Shown piece after piece: positions 27,660 through 37,201 of a stretch of 64,000 nt of DNA (position 1 is the first letter of the stretch; each line of letters starts with the position of its first letter). The stretch comes from an uncultured Candidatus Saccharibacteria bacterium (GTDB lineage: Bacteria; Patescibacteriota; Minisyncoccia; Phycocordibacterales; JAACPR01): contig CAZIEY010000002.1 in the NCBI GenBank assembly GCA_964538855.1, positions 1,709 through 65,708 on the forward strand, given 5' to 3'. The translations under genes were made by a program, and so were the position numbers. Under the pieces are notes generated by a model. That model did no database searches, was not told the DNA's origin, and saw only the letters and a list, made by a program, of their open reading frames with translations.

Positions 27660-29474
27660 ATGAAAAATACTCCAGACATCAATTTAATTCGAAATTTCTC
27701 TATTATTGCTCATATCGATCATGGTAAATCTACTATGGCGGACCGTATGATTGAAATCACAAAAACAGTCGACCCTCGTCATATGAAGGATCAAATCCTT
27801 GATGATATGGAACTCGAGCGAGAGCGCGGCATCACTATTAAGATGCGTCCGGTGCGTATGGAATATAATTTCGAGGGGCAGCACTACATTTTGAATCTTA
27901 TCGATACGCCTGGGCATATCGACTTTTCTTATGAAGTTTCTCGCGCTCTGAAAGCAGTTGAGGGTTCTATTTTGCTCGTTGATAGTACACAAGGTGTTCA
28001 GGCTCAGACTTTGACTACTCTTGAAATGGCGCGTGCGCAAGGACTCGCTATTATTCCTGTGCTTTCGAAAATCGATTCGCCCATTGCTCGTATTGACGAA
28101 GTTTGCGCCGAAATCATGCAACTTTTGAATTGTTCTCGCGAAGAAATCATATTTACTTCTGGCAAGACTGGTGAAGGTGTAGAAAAACTTTTACAGGAAA
28201 TTATCAAGCGTATTCCTGCACCACAACGCACTGCGGTTTCAGCACAAGGCAAGGACAGCTCGCTCATCTTTGATTTTCAATATTCGAATCATCGCGGCAT
28301 TATTTTGTATGTGCGTGTTTTTGATGGGCAATTTGTGGCGACTGACGAATTAAAATTTGCAATTGCCGGCAAGAAATTTTTCGTGGCCGAAGTTGGTACT
28401 TTCCGCCCAAAAGATCGTCCAGAGGAATCCCTTTCTGCTGGTGAGATTGGTTACATTGTGACTGGTATCAAAGAGCCAGGCATTGTGTCTGTGGGTGATA
28501 CTATTACTAAATTTCGCAATCCTTCAGAAGCGCTCGAAGGGTATGAAGACCCGAAGCCTGTGGTATGGGCCAGCATTTTCCCAGAAAGTCAGGATGAGTT
28601 CGACACGTTGCGAACCTCGCTTTTCCGACTCAAATTATCTGACTCATCTCTTGTGTTTGAAGAAGAGTCCTCTGGCAGTATGGGTCGCGGTTTCCGTTGC
28701 GGACTTCTCGGAATGTTACACCTCGAAATCGTCACTGAACGTCTCAAGCGCGAATTTAATCTAGATCTCGTTGTTACTTTACCAAGTATCAATTACATCG
28801 TGCATCTTAAAAATGGGAAAACAGTCAAAGCCTATTCCGCGTCCGCGTTTCCAAGTTACGGCGACATTGTAAAAGTCGAGGAACCTTGGGTCAAAATTAA
28901 AATCATCACTCCGAATGAATATCTCGGTTCGATTCTGACTTTGCTGTATGAACACGAAGCGATGGCTGGTGACACAGAAACTTTGCCTGGTAATCGAAGT
29001 TCGATCAGTGCGGATCTACCACTTCGTGAATTGATGCGAAACTTTTTCGATGAATTAAAAAGCATCTCATCTGGCTATGCATCGTTTTCTTACAAAATCG
29101 GAGAATTTTTGGATGCTGATGTGGTCAAGATGGAAATGCTCGTTGCGGATGAGGAAGTACCTGCGTTTTCTCGCGTTGTGTCGCGTATTCGCATGCAGGA
29201 AGAAGGGGAGAAAGCCGTTGAAAAATTGTACAACATTTTGCCTCGCCAGATGTTTACAACCAAAATTCAAGCCAAAGCTCTCGGTCGAATTATCTCCTCA
29301 AAGACCATTTCTGCGATGCGTAAAAACGTAACTGCCCACATGTACGGTGGTGATATTACGCGTAAAATGAAGCTACGTGAGAAGCAAAAGAAGGGTAAGA
29401 AGAAAATGGCCGAAATGGGTACAGTTAAAATTAGCCACGAAGTTTTCATAAAAATGATGAGAGGTGGGGAGTAG
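27660..29474 (+). CDS. lepA: Elongation factor 4
   Basis: IRNFSIIAHIDHGKST, DTPGHIDF, GMLHLEI, YGGDITRKMKL. Confidence 0.97.
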   Translation: MKNTPDINLIRNFSIIAHIDHGKSTMADRMIEITKTVDPRHMKDQILDDMELERERGITIKMRPVRMEYNFEGQHYILNLIDTPGHIDFSYEVSRALKAVEGSILLVDSTQGVQAQTLTTLEMARAQGLAIIPVLSKIDSPIARIDEVCAEIMQLLNCSREEIIFTSGKTGEGVEKLLQEIIKRIPAPQRTAVSAQGKDSSLIFDFQYSNHRGIILYVRVFDGQFVATDELKFAIAGKKFFVAEVGTFRPKDRPEESLSAGEIGYIVTGIKEPGIVSVGDTITKFRNPSEALEGYEDPKPVVWASIFPESQDEFDTLRTSLFRLKLSDSSLVFEEESSGSMGRGFRCGLLGMLHLEIVTERLKREFNLDLVVTLPSINYIVHLKNGKTVKAYSASAFPSYGDIVKVEEPWVKIKIITPNEYLGSILTLLYEHEAMAGDTETLPGNRSSISADLPLRELMRNFFDELKSISSGYASFSYKIGEFLDADVVKMEMLVADEEVPAFSRVVSRIRMQEEGEKAVEKLYNILPRQMFTTKIQAKALGRIISSKTISAMRKNVTAHMYGGDITRKMKLREKQKKGKKKMAEMGTVKISHEVFIKMMRGGE

Positions 29475-29604
29475 GGGTTTTGTGTCTATTGACATGTCTT
29501 TAAATGTGTGTATAATATGTTGCGAGTCTGCCAGAACTGTGGTAGAAATGATGTAGAAGTACTCAACCCGCATCCCTTGTTGTGGATGCAAATGGGAGGA
29601 CTGC

Positions 29605-29811
29605 ATGAGAGCGTCTCTTGCGACCTTCTTGTGGTTTATCATGGCTTTTGCGGCCGTGACTCACAAGATGAAACTCGATGCTGGGGTGGCAGAATGCGCC
29701 GCCGAAGTCGAGTTCAGTAAGTCCACCCGCTTCTGGGACAACCGGAAGTTCGAGGTGGAGATGGCGAGGCTCAAAGCTCGCCAAGCGGAAGTTGCGGCTG
29801 CAAAGCCGTAA
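29605..29811 (+). CDS. Small secreted or membrane hypothetical protein (SD-led islet)
   Basis: TTGACA(29489)-16-TATAAT(29511), GGAGG SD, terminator ~29852-29900. Confidence 0.55.
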   Translation: MRASLATFLWFIMAFAAVTHKMKLDAGVAECAAEVEFSKSTRFWDNRKFEVEMARLKARQAEVAAAKP

Positions 29812-29958
29812 AGTCCCGAGGGCTGGTAAAACCACCCTTGTACACCCAAGCAGAGCCCCCACTTGCAATTCGTCGCAAGTCGAGAGGGCTCTCTTTTTTT
29901 ATTAAACAAAAACCGCTCGAGATTGACCCGCAGCGGCTTTTTTATTTATGAACTAAAC

Positions 29959-30075
29959 TTATTGAAAAATCCCAGGCGCATACATTGCGAGCATACTGAC
30001 AACCACCAATAATCCTACTACGAGGAATATTACTCGAATAACGCGCTGGCTTTTCTTGTGAAAAAGTAATGACAT
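29959..30075 (-). CDS. 38-aa single-TM small protein (MSLLFHKKSQRVIRVIFLVVGLLVVVSMLAMYAPGIFQ), below the ORF-track cut-off
   Basis: Open frame with basic N-terminus plus TM helix. Confidence 0.6.
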   Translation of the reverse strand: MSLLFHKKSQRVIRVIFLVVGLLVVVSMLAMYAPGIFQ

Positions 30076-30115
30076 ATGTGATAAGATACTACCATAAACG
30101 TATAAAAAATTCCAG

Positions 30116-30511
30116 ATGAATATTTTTGATAACAAAAGAAGGTTTCGAAAGGTGGCTTATTCCAAAATCGTGTCGGTGTGTCTCATTGTTGTGTGCGCGA
30201 TGCTTGTGAATGGCCTTTTTAATATTTATGGCAAGGCTCGCGAAAGTCTCGATCGTAAAAACTTCTCTGCACAAAGCCTTTTGAAATTACATAATCGCGA
30301 AGAGAAACTTCGGCGCGAGATAGAGCGTCTCGATACACGTGTGGGTTTAGAAGAAGAACTCCGCAGTCGCTATTCATTTTCTAAGGAAGGTGAGAGAGTT
30401 ATTGTGATTATTGATGAAAACAACACATCTGAAACAGCATCGACGTCAGATGAGAAAACTCTGACCGATCGAGCCACTTCTTGGATAAAAAGGGTAACTT
30501 TGATAGAATAA
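30116..30511 (+). CDS. Septum formation initiator (FtsB/DivIC-like)
   Basis: TM, coiled coil, then LEEELRSRYSFSKEGERVIVI. Confidence 0.7.
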   Translation: MNIFDNKRRFRKVAYSKIVSVCLIVVCAMLVNGLFNIYGKARESLDRKNFSAQSLLKLHNREEKLRREIERLDTRVGLEEELRSRYSFSKEGERVIVIIDENNTSETASTSDEKTLTDRATSWIKRVTLIE

Positions 30512-30538
30512 TCCAGTTACTAGCTAATCACAAAACAC

Positions 30539-30772
30539 ATGTCATCAGTCACTATTTACTCAACACCTACTTGCACTTATTGCCAACATGCAAAAGAATT
30601 TTTCAAAGCAAATGGTATTGAATATGTTGAAATTAATGTTGCCGAAGATCAAGCTAAATTGAAAGAGATGGTTGAAAAATCTGGTCAAATGGGTGTTCCA
30701 GTCATTGTTGCTGGTGACCAGGTAATTGTGGGTTATGACGAAGAAAAAGTCCGCGAAATTCTGGGGAAATAA
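30539..30772 (+). CDS. Glutaredoxin-like protein (NrdH/YruB type)
   Basis: CTYC active site; GQMGVPVI. Confidence 0.9.
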   Translation: MSSVTIYSTPTCTYCQHAKEFFKANGIEYVEINVAEDQAKLKEMVEKSGQMGVPVIVAGDQVIVGYDEEKVREILGK

Positions 30773-30970
30773 CTACGAGGGCGAGATTAAGGTGAAATAA
30801 AGAATCCCCTCATTTGGAGGCTTTCGGAGGACGAGGAGATATAGTTTTAAATAAGAACTTTATCGATCATTCGTCCGAGAACCGAGGCAAATTTTCCCGA
30901 GAGGGAAAATTATGTCGTACTCCAAATGAGGGTGTTCTTTATGTTATATTATAATCTCGCCCTCGTAGTT
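30771..30970 (+). repeat. Family-A structured element, copy 1
   Basis: Core CTTTCGGAGGACGA-N-TCGTCCGAGAAC-N-TTCCCGAGAGGGAA inside ~50-bp inverted arms. Confidence 0.8.
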
Positions 30971-31030
30971 AAATGGATATAACTGCCCCGTCCTAAGGGG
31001 TAATTGTGCGTTCGATTCGTGCCGAGGGCA
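30959..31030 (+). tRNA. tRNA-Arg(CCT)
   Basis: Cloverleaf; anticodon arm GCCCC-GTCCTAA-GGGGT. Confidence 0.9.
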
Positions 31031-31109
31031 CATTGTATGATGACCGTGCTTTAATTTGATATACTTTTAGGGAGAAGAGAGAGGTTTAAAAAATAACATT
31101 AATTATAAT

Positions 31110-31526
31110 ATGTCAAACGTTAAAAGTGTTGTATCACTCGTGGTACGACTAGTTGTTGGAGGTTTATTTATATACGCGGGGTGGGAAAAAGTATCTGATA
31201 TGGCAAAGACAATCGAGATGTTTTCGTCAATGGGTATTGCGGTATGGCTTACTTACGTCGTGGCGTGGGTAGAATTACTCGGAGGTATCGCAGTGCTTGT
31301 TGGTTTTTACACACGAAAAGTATCTATGGTGCTTGCGGTCATAATGATTGCTGCAATCTATTACACATTTGGTCTAGGATTTGCAATGTACAGCTATCCA
31401 CTCGGAGTACTCATCGCATTGATTGTACTTATGTATGTTGGATGTGGTAAATATTCTGTAGGTTGCTGCATGCATAAATGTGATTCTGCTGCTCCAGTAG
31501 TACCTCCAGCAAATCCACTTGTCTAA
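31110..31526 (+). CDS. DoxX family membrane protein
   Basis: RLVVGGLFIYAGWEK...ELLGG..VLVGFYTR...GCGKYS. Confidence 0.85.
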   Translation: MSNVKSVVSLVVRLVVGGLFIYAGWEKVSDMAKTIEMFSSMGIAVWLTYVVAWVELLGGIAVLVGFYTRKVSMVLAVIMIAAIYYTFGLGFAMYSYPLGVLIALIVLMYVGCGKYSVGCCMHKCDSAAPVVPPANPLV

Positions 31527-31556
31527 ATTGTAGGGATTTTGTTATACTGACTATTA

Positions 31557-32459
31557 ATGAAGCACGTCGTCGAATCGCAACAATTTGATGTCGAATTAAT
31601 TGAAACGATTTTCACGATTGCAGACACATTAGAAAAGAAAACCGACAATTCTCTCCGAGGTAAAATAATGGCATCATTGTTTTATGAACCGAGTACGAGA
31701 ACTCGGTTTTCTTTTGAGTCAGCCATGATTCGTCTTGGCGGAAATGTAATTACGACCGAAAATGCACGTGAATTTTCATCATCCGCAAAAGGCGAGACGC
31801 TCGAAGATTCTATCCGTGTGGTTGGAAATTATGCAGACGTGATTGTACTTCGTCATCATGAAAAAGGTGCCTCGGCGCGTGCAGCGTTGGTATCTAGTGT
31901 ACCGATTGTGAACGCCGGAGATGGGGTAGGTCAACATCCGACACAGGCACTGCTCGATTTGTACACGATTCGCCGTTCGTTTGGAAAAATTGATGGAATC
32001 AGGATCGCACTTGTCGGGGATTTGAAACACGGCCGCACGATTCGCTCTCTCGCGTATTTGCTCGGAAAATATAAAAACGTGTCTGTCTATTTCGTGTCTC
32101 CGCCAGGTTTGCGTGTCGAAGATGACATCAAAGCATATTTGGATAAACACAAAACTCATTATGAAGAAGTTTCCGATTTGGAATCCATCATCTCAAAAAT
32201 CGACGTCTTGTATCAAACTCGCATTCAGAAAGAGCGGTTTGAAACACCTAATGAATACGAAAAATTCAAGGGATGTTATCTCGTCGATGCACATCTCGTC
32301 AACAAGATGCCTAAAAAATCTATTGTGATGCATCCATTGCCTCGTGTCGGTGAAATCGCAGAAGAGGTCGATATTTTGCCCCAAGCGATGTATTTCAAGC
32401 AGGCGGGATACGGGTTGCTTGTGCGTATGGCATTACTCAAGCATTTACTTGGAAAATGA
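31557..32459 (+). CDS. pyrB: Aspartate carbamoyltransferase catalytic subunit
   Basis: FYEPSTRTRFSFE, HPTQALLD, MHPLPR. Confidence 0.96.
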   Translation: MKHVVESQQFDVELIETIFTIADTLEKKTDNSLRGKIMASLFYEPSTRTRFSFESAMIRLGGNVITTENAREFSSSAKGETLEDSIRVVGNYADVIVLRHHEKGASARAALVSSVPIVNAGDGVGQHPTQALLDLYTIRRSFGKIDGIRIALVGDLKHGRTIRSLAYLLGKYKNVSVYFVSPPGLRVEDDIKAYLDKHKTHYEEVSDLESIISKIDVLYQTRIQKERFETPNEYEKFKGCYLVDAHLVNKMPKKSIVMHPLPRVGEIAEEVDILPQAMYFKQAGYGLLVRMALLKHLLGK

Positions 32460-32474
32460 TGGTAAAATGATTGT

Positions 32475-32771
32475 ATGAATCACATGACCGACAGAGAACT
32501 TCTGGAAGCTATTTATGAAAAAGTTGAGGCTTCAGAACGAACCGTACATAAAATTCACTCTCGTGGACGCTGGGCGGCTATTTTTGGCCTTATCAAATGG
32601 GTTGTCTATATTGGCCTCCTCGTTGGAACCTATTATTACATACAAAACAATCTGAGCAGTGTTTTGAACCTCTACACTGGCATGCAGGAAAATAACGAGG
32701 CAATTAATGAATTCAAGGCTAAAACCTCTTCACTAGATATGCAAAGTGTGCTAGATTTACTGGGTCGCTAA
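32475..32771 (+). CDS. Hypothetical single-TM protein
   Basis: TM segment; leaderless promoter. Confidence 0.65.
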   Translation: MNHMTDRELLEAIYEKVEASERTVHKIHSRGRWAAIFGLIKWVVYIGLLVGTYYYIQNNLSSVLNLYTGMQENNEAINEFKAKTSSLDMQSVLDLLGR

Positions 32772-32810
32772 ATCGCCAAAATGGCTTGTAGCGCAAGCAT
32801 AGAAGACAAG

Positions 32811-32886
32811 GTCAGGATAGCTCAGTTGGTAGAGCATTCCCCTGAAGAGGGAAGGGTCCCCGGTTCGAGCCCGGGTCCTGACACCA
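32811..32886 (+). tRNA. tRNA-Phe(GAA)
   Basis: Cloverleaf, TTCCC-CTGAAGA-GGGAA, encoded CCA. Confidence 0.95.
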
Positions 32887-32888
32887 AA

Positions 32889-33033
32889 AGAGAAAATAGT
32901 GAGCAAAAAAGAGTACGACATATTTTTCCCTCTCGGGAAAAATTGTCTCGGTTCTCGGACGACCATGAAAGTATAGTTTCAAAAGTGTTCCAGTCGTCCT
33001 GCGAAAGCCTCTTTTTTGCTTACTATTTTCTCT
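32889..33033 (-). repeat. Family-A structured element, copy 2 (reverse orientation)
   Basis: Reverse complement of the core; 24/25 inverted arms 32889-32913 / 33009-33033. Confidence 0.8.
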
Positions 33034-33055
33034 CAAGAAGTGATTGATGAGAGTT

Positions 33056-33228
33056 TCGATTTAACAAAATAATAAAATACCTCATTAAGAAGACTTTCGG
33101 AGGACGAGTGCGATAATAAATTTATATTATTAAAATCTATTATTCGTCCGAGAACGAGCTGCATTTCCCCGAGAGGGGAAATGACAGCGTGCTGATGAAT
33201 GAGGTATTTTATTATTTTGTTAAATCGA
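33056..33228 (+). repeat. Family-A structured element, copy 3
   Basis: Core present; perfect 31-bp inverted arms 33056-33086 / 33198-33228. Confidence 0.8.
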
Positions 33229-33705
33229 CTTCACCTGCAACTTCGTTTTCTTGTTTTTATCAATCTTCGTCAAATGTAACTCGAGCAAGCCGTGCTTTTC
33301 TTCGGCGCTGGAAAGTTCGACATCAATTTCTTCTGGTAAGATAATTTTTCGAGAAAAACTACCCCAATATAATTCGCGGTGGTAGTAGTCGCGCTCTTCG
33401 ATTTCTTTGTCTTCTTCACGAGTTCCTGTGATGATGACCATATCGCGTGAAATTTGCACATCTAGTTCGTGCGGTTTTACTCCGGCTACGATCGCACGAA
33501 TGATGATTTCGTCAGTCTGATTGATGACATCAACAGATAATTGACCCATATCCGAATGTTCATCGGGGTGTTCGAGAGAGTTGTTGATTTCTCGGGTTTC
33601 GCCATTATGCGATTCTTCGTGATGATCCATATCATCATCAAACTCGTCCATTTTGACGGTCCCTGTGATTCTTTCGAAAAGTGTTTTTTTGCGTTTCATC
33701 ATCAT
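33220..33705 (-). CDS. Hsp20/alpha-crystallin small heat-shock protein
   Basis: RELYWGSFSRKIILPEEID...HGLLELHL. Confidence 0.9.
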   Translation of the reverse strand: MMMKRKKTLFERITGTVKMDEFDDDMDHHEESHNGETREINNSLEHPDEHSDMGQLSVDVINQTDEIIIRAIVAGVKPHELDVQISRDMVIITGTREEDKEIEERDYYHRELYWGSFSRKIILPEEIDVELSSAEEKHGLLELHLTKIDKNKKTKLQVKSI

Positions 33706-34433
33706 GTGTTTTTAATAGTTTTTTTGATTTTCTCAAACATGAGTATGACGTAAAGCGCCACGAGCCACACGAATGAGAAACCCAACAAAGTAAATTTGTC
33801 TGATCTAATTATAAAAGAATTAAAAATAGTGTGCAACACAATAGAAAGGACAACTCCAGTTAATAAATATCGTGTTTGCACCACTGTATGTTTGTAATAC
33901 GCAAATGCAATGAACATACCAATTACTGCCGAAGATGAAACATGCAACAATGTCGCCCCAATGAATCGAATGTTTCCAGTAATGAGAACGTTAGATAAGC
34001 TTTCGCCCTGCGTAATCAAATTGAATAGATAGAATGTATTTTCGAGCGCAGCAAAACCAAGCGCAGCCGTGATCATGTAAACAATCGAATCGATCGGTTC
34101 GTTGTTGTCTTTTCGAGAAATGCCACCCTTGTTTGCTGAAACATATTTTAAAAGCTCTTCAATTGCTGACCATACGATAAGTGTAATTATGGCGATTAAA
34201 TAATGTTTGTGGAAAAGGAATTCAATATCAGCGTGGTTTATGAAAAACTGATTCCAGATAAATTGCATGATTGCTGCAATTGGTACGGAAAACATGCCAT
34301 ATGCAAAACAACGCAAGATAGTAAATTTTGGCTCAGGATGTTTTTTGTCTTCTTGAAGCCAAAAATAAAGCCAAATAAAAGTGGGGAAGACGCCTCCGAA
34401 AAAGGCGAGTGTAAAAGATGTAAGTAAATCCAT
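33702..34433 (-). CDS. PrsW-family intramembrane glutamic protease
   Basis: IEELLK, GFAALEN, LLH and LHTIFN motifs. Confidence 0.88.
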   Translation of the reverse strand: MDLLTSFTLAFFGGVFPTFIWLYFWLQEDKKHPEPKFTILRCFAYGMFSVPIAAIMQFIWNQFFINHADIEFLFHKHYLIAIITLIVWSAIEELLKYVSANKGGISRKDNNEPIDSIVYMITAALGFAALENTFYLFNLITQGESLSNVLITGNIRFIGATLLHVSSSAVIGMFIAFAYYKHTVVQTRYLLTGVVLSIVLHTIFNSFIIRSDKFTLLGFSFVWLVALYVILMFEKIKKTIKNT

Positions 34434-34440
34434 GTGGGCG

Positions 34441-36624
34441 TTATTGAATCGGCCACTTTGAAACTATCAAAAGTTCACTGTCTTTTTTAGGCAAATGTTG
34501 CCAAATTTCCTCGGTTACAAACGGAATGAACGGATGAAGCGCCTTCAAAGTAGCTACTAGCACATTATACAACATGTTTTGCTTTGAAATTTTGACTTTT
34601 TCGTCACCGCCAATGAGAGCCGGTTTCGCGTTTTCGATAATGTCGTTTGCAAACTTGTTCCAGAAAAAGTCGTACAATTTTTCACCCGCGAGATAGAGGC
34701 GAAAATTTTTCATGTCCGAATCGATATCTTGTAGAATCGTGTTGAATTCTTCGATAACTTTTTGATCCTCGGCAATTATTTGTGCTTCTGTGTTCAGATT
34801 TTCAACTTTTACATTTTCCAAAACGAATCGAGTCGCATTCCAGATTTTATTCGCAAACTTTTTGTAGGCTCGAATTTTATCTTCGGACATTTTTGTGTCG
34901 TTTCCTGGACCAGTTCCGATGATGAGCGAGAGACGTACGGCGTCGGCTCCGTATTTTGCAATCATATCGAGCGGGTCGATAATGTTTCCAAGCGATTTTG
35001 ACATTTTAATACCTTTTGCATCGCGAACAAGCCCGTGCATATACACAGTTTCAAATGGAATTTCTCCGACACAATATGTCGTCATTAAAATCATACGCGC
35101 CACCCAGAAGAAAATAATATCGTAACCAGTTTCGAGTACGTTTGTTGGGTGATAGTCGGCAAAATCTTTTGTTTTTTCTGGCCAACCCAATGTAGAGAAA
35201 GTCCACAGCCCAGATGAAAACCATGTATCGAGTGTGTCAGGATCTTGCTCCCAACCTTCGCCAGGCGACGTTTCGCTTACCTGCATTTCTTCATCCTTGT
35301 ACCACACAGGGATGCGATGACCATACCAAATTTGGCGAGAAATACACCAGTCATGTAGGTTTTTGATCCAGTTGTAATACACCGCGTTAAAGTGGTTTGG
35401 AATGATATTAACTTCACCAGTTTCGACCACGGTTTGCATCAATTTTTTGAGCGTCACCATGTCGCCGGTTTTGATACCTTTCAAATTAGAATGTTTGATA
35501 GAGAATTCTTTGTTTACCGCGATAAACCATTGGCGCATGATTTGAGGCTCGAGCACGCCACCTGTACGTTCTGCAGTATTTACCGAGTGAACATATTTCT
35601 CATCGATTTTTTCAACGAGGCCTTTTTCGGCGAGCTTCGCAATGATTTTTTCGCGCGCATCAGTAATTTTCATGCCGGCAAATTCGCCCGCAACAGGGAG
35701 CAATTTTCCAAAATTATCGATGATTTGTTCTTTGTCCAAATTGTGTCGTTCCGCAATTTCAAAGTCGGTGCGATCATGCCATGGAGTAATAGTCATCACA
35801 CCTGTTCCAAATTCCATATCGATGGCAGAGTCCTTGATAATTGTGGCTGTAATTGGGCCATTTATCCATTCTACGGTGACTGAATCGCCGTGTTTATATT
35901 TCGCATATCGAGCGTCGTCCGGATGCATTACCACGTATTTATCGCCGAATTTTGTCTCTGGGCGAGTTGTTCCAATAGTGAAAGGTCCGTATTTCAAATA
36001 GTAAAATTTCGTAGTTTCTTCAACGGTGATAATTTCATCATCAGAAATAACTGTCTGACCTTTTGGATCCCAGTTTACGATTTTGTCGCCTCGATAAATG
36101 AGACCGTCTTCGTACATATTTTTAAACGCAGTGAATACGGCGTGCGCGCGTGGCTTGTCCAAAGTGAAAGCTTCACGAGACCAGTCCACTGATGAACCCA
36201 TTTTTTTAACTTGGCCGACAATTGTATCGTGGCTTTCTTGAGCGAATGCAGCGACGCGTTTGAGAAATTCTTCGCGGCCCAAATCTTGTTTGCGAATTTT
36301 GTCTTTTTGTAATTCCTTTTCAACTTTTGATTGAGTCGCAATCGCCGCGTGATCGGTGCCGGGAAGCCAGAGGGTGCGCTTTCCGAGCATGCGATGATAT
36401 CGAACCATGATGTCTTCAATGGCAAGCATCGATGCATGACCAATGTGCAAAGTTCCCGTTACATTTGGAGGGGGGAGGACGATTGAAAATTTCTCGGCAT
36501 CGGCAGATGTGACGCCTTTTTCAATACATACATCAGGATTGAAAAAACCGCTATCGAGCCATTTTCGGTAGATGGCGTCTTCGGTTGTGGTCGAATCATA
36601 AGGCTTTAAAAATTTGTCGTTCAT
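34441..36624 (-). CDS. valS: Valine--tRNA ligase (short, no C-terminal coiled coil)
   Basis: PPPNVTGTLHIGH, WCISRQIWYGHRIP, KMSKS. Confidence 0.96.
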   Translation of the reverse strand: MNDKFLKPYDSTTTEDAIYRKWLDSGFFNPDVCIEKGVTSADAEKFSIVLPPPNVTGTLHIGHASMLAIEDIMVRYHRMLGKRTLWLPGTDHAAIATQSKVEKELQKDKIRKQDLGREEFLKRVAAFAQESHDTIVGQVKKMGSSVDWSREAFTLDKPRAHAVFTAFKNMYEDGLIYRGDKIVNWDPKGQTVISDDEIITVEETTKFYYLKYGPFTIGTTRPETKFGDKYVVMHPDDARYAKYKHGDSVTVEWINGPITATIIKDSAIDMEFGTGVMTITPWHDRTDFEIAERHNLDKEQIIDNFGKLLPVAGEFAGMKITDAREKIIAKLAEKGLVEKIDEKYVHSVNTAERTGGVLEPQIMRQWFIAVNKEFSIKHSNLKGIKTGDMVTLKKLMQTVVETGEVNIIPNHFNAVYYNWIKNLHDWCISRQIWYGHRIPVWYKDEEMQVSETSPGEGWEQDPDTLDTWFSSGLWTFSTLGWPEKTKDFADYHPTNVLETGYDIIFFWVARMILMTTYCVGEIPFETVYMHGLVRDAKGIKMSKSLGNIIDPLDMIAKYGADAVRLSLIIGTGPGNDTKMSEDKIRAYKKFANKIWNATRFVLENVKVENLNTEAQIIAEDQKVIEEFNTILQDIDSDMKNFRLYLAGEKLYDFFWNKFANDIIENAKPALIGGDEKVKISKQNMLYNVLVATLKALHPFIPFVTEEIWQHLPKKDSELLIVSKWPIQ

Positions 36625-36680
36625 GGGGAAAATGATAGCAAAAATGAGGTGAAATTGCGAGATGGCGAATAGTCTTGAAT

Positions 36681-36737
36681 AATTTTAGAATTTCTTGATT
36701 TTTTCTTTATAAAGATTTTAGGTCGCGTCAGTATAAT
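36681..36737 (+). promoter_or_regulatory. Conserved 57-bp toxin-module promoter, copy 3 (palindrome 36704-36715; TATAAT 36732-36737)
   Basis: Colinear with 545-601 and 11709-11765. Confidence 0.8.
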
Positions 36738-36744
36738 GGGGTGC

Positions 36745-37149
36745 ATGAAAGATTTTGATAGTTGGAATATCAAGAAAAAGCTTATTAATAAACACAAATC
36801 TCTTCAGCATCCTAAAATAGGTGAAATTTGGTGGTGTCGAGTTGGGCTTAATATTGGAGGTGAAATATACGGTAAGAGTATCGATTACGTGAGACCAGTT
36901 CTTGTTATAAATTGTGAGGGTGATGAGAATTTTATCGGTGTCCCGCTGACTTCTAAAATAAAAAATAGAAAATATGCTTGTGTTATTATGGAAGATGACG
37001 GGACACTTGCGACAGCGTTAGTGTATCAAATTAAATCTTTTGATAAGCGAAGACTGGTAGAAAAGCATAGTACCTTATCGAATGAGTATTTCAATAAAGT
37101 CCTTGAAATTATTAGGATTTTGATCGGTAAAAATTTAACGACCCCGTGA
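36745..37149 (+). CDS. PemK/MazF-family endoribonuclease toxin, copy 2, no adjacent protein antitoxin
   Basis: Paralogue of 609-1010; ATG 36745 is 7 nt after TATAAT. Confidence 0.87.
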   Translation: MKDFDSWNIKKKLINKHKSLQHPKIGEIWWCRVGLNIGGEIYGKSIDYVRPVLVINCEGDENFIGVPLTSKIKNRKYACVIMEDDGTLATALVYQIKSFDKRRLVEKHSTLSNEYFNKVLEIIRILIGKNLTTP

Positions 37150-37194
37150 GGGGTCGTTCGGCTCTTGCGAGCAAGGATGGTCAATCCATCCTAG
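37130..37194 (-). ncRNA. Putative three-hairpin small RNA convergent with pemK copy 2
   Basis: TTGACT(37228-37223)-16-TATAAT(37206-37201) on minus; same three hairpins as copy 1. Confidence 0.6.
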
Positions 37195-37201
37195 ACCACT
37201 A

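Noticed and set aside
33185-33205. Hammerhead ribozyme (CTGATGA in family-A copy 3)
   Set aside because: CTGATGA is absent from the other two copies and the required GAAA/NUH geometry is not evident.
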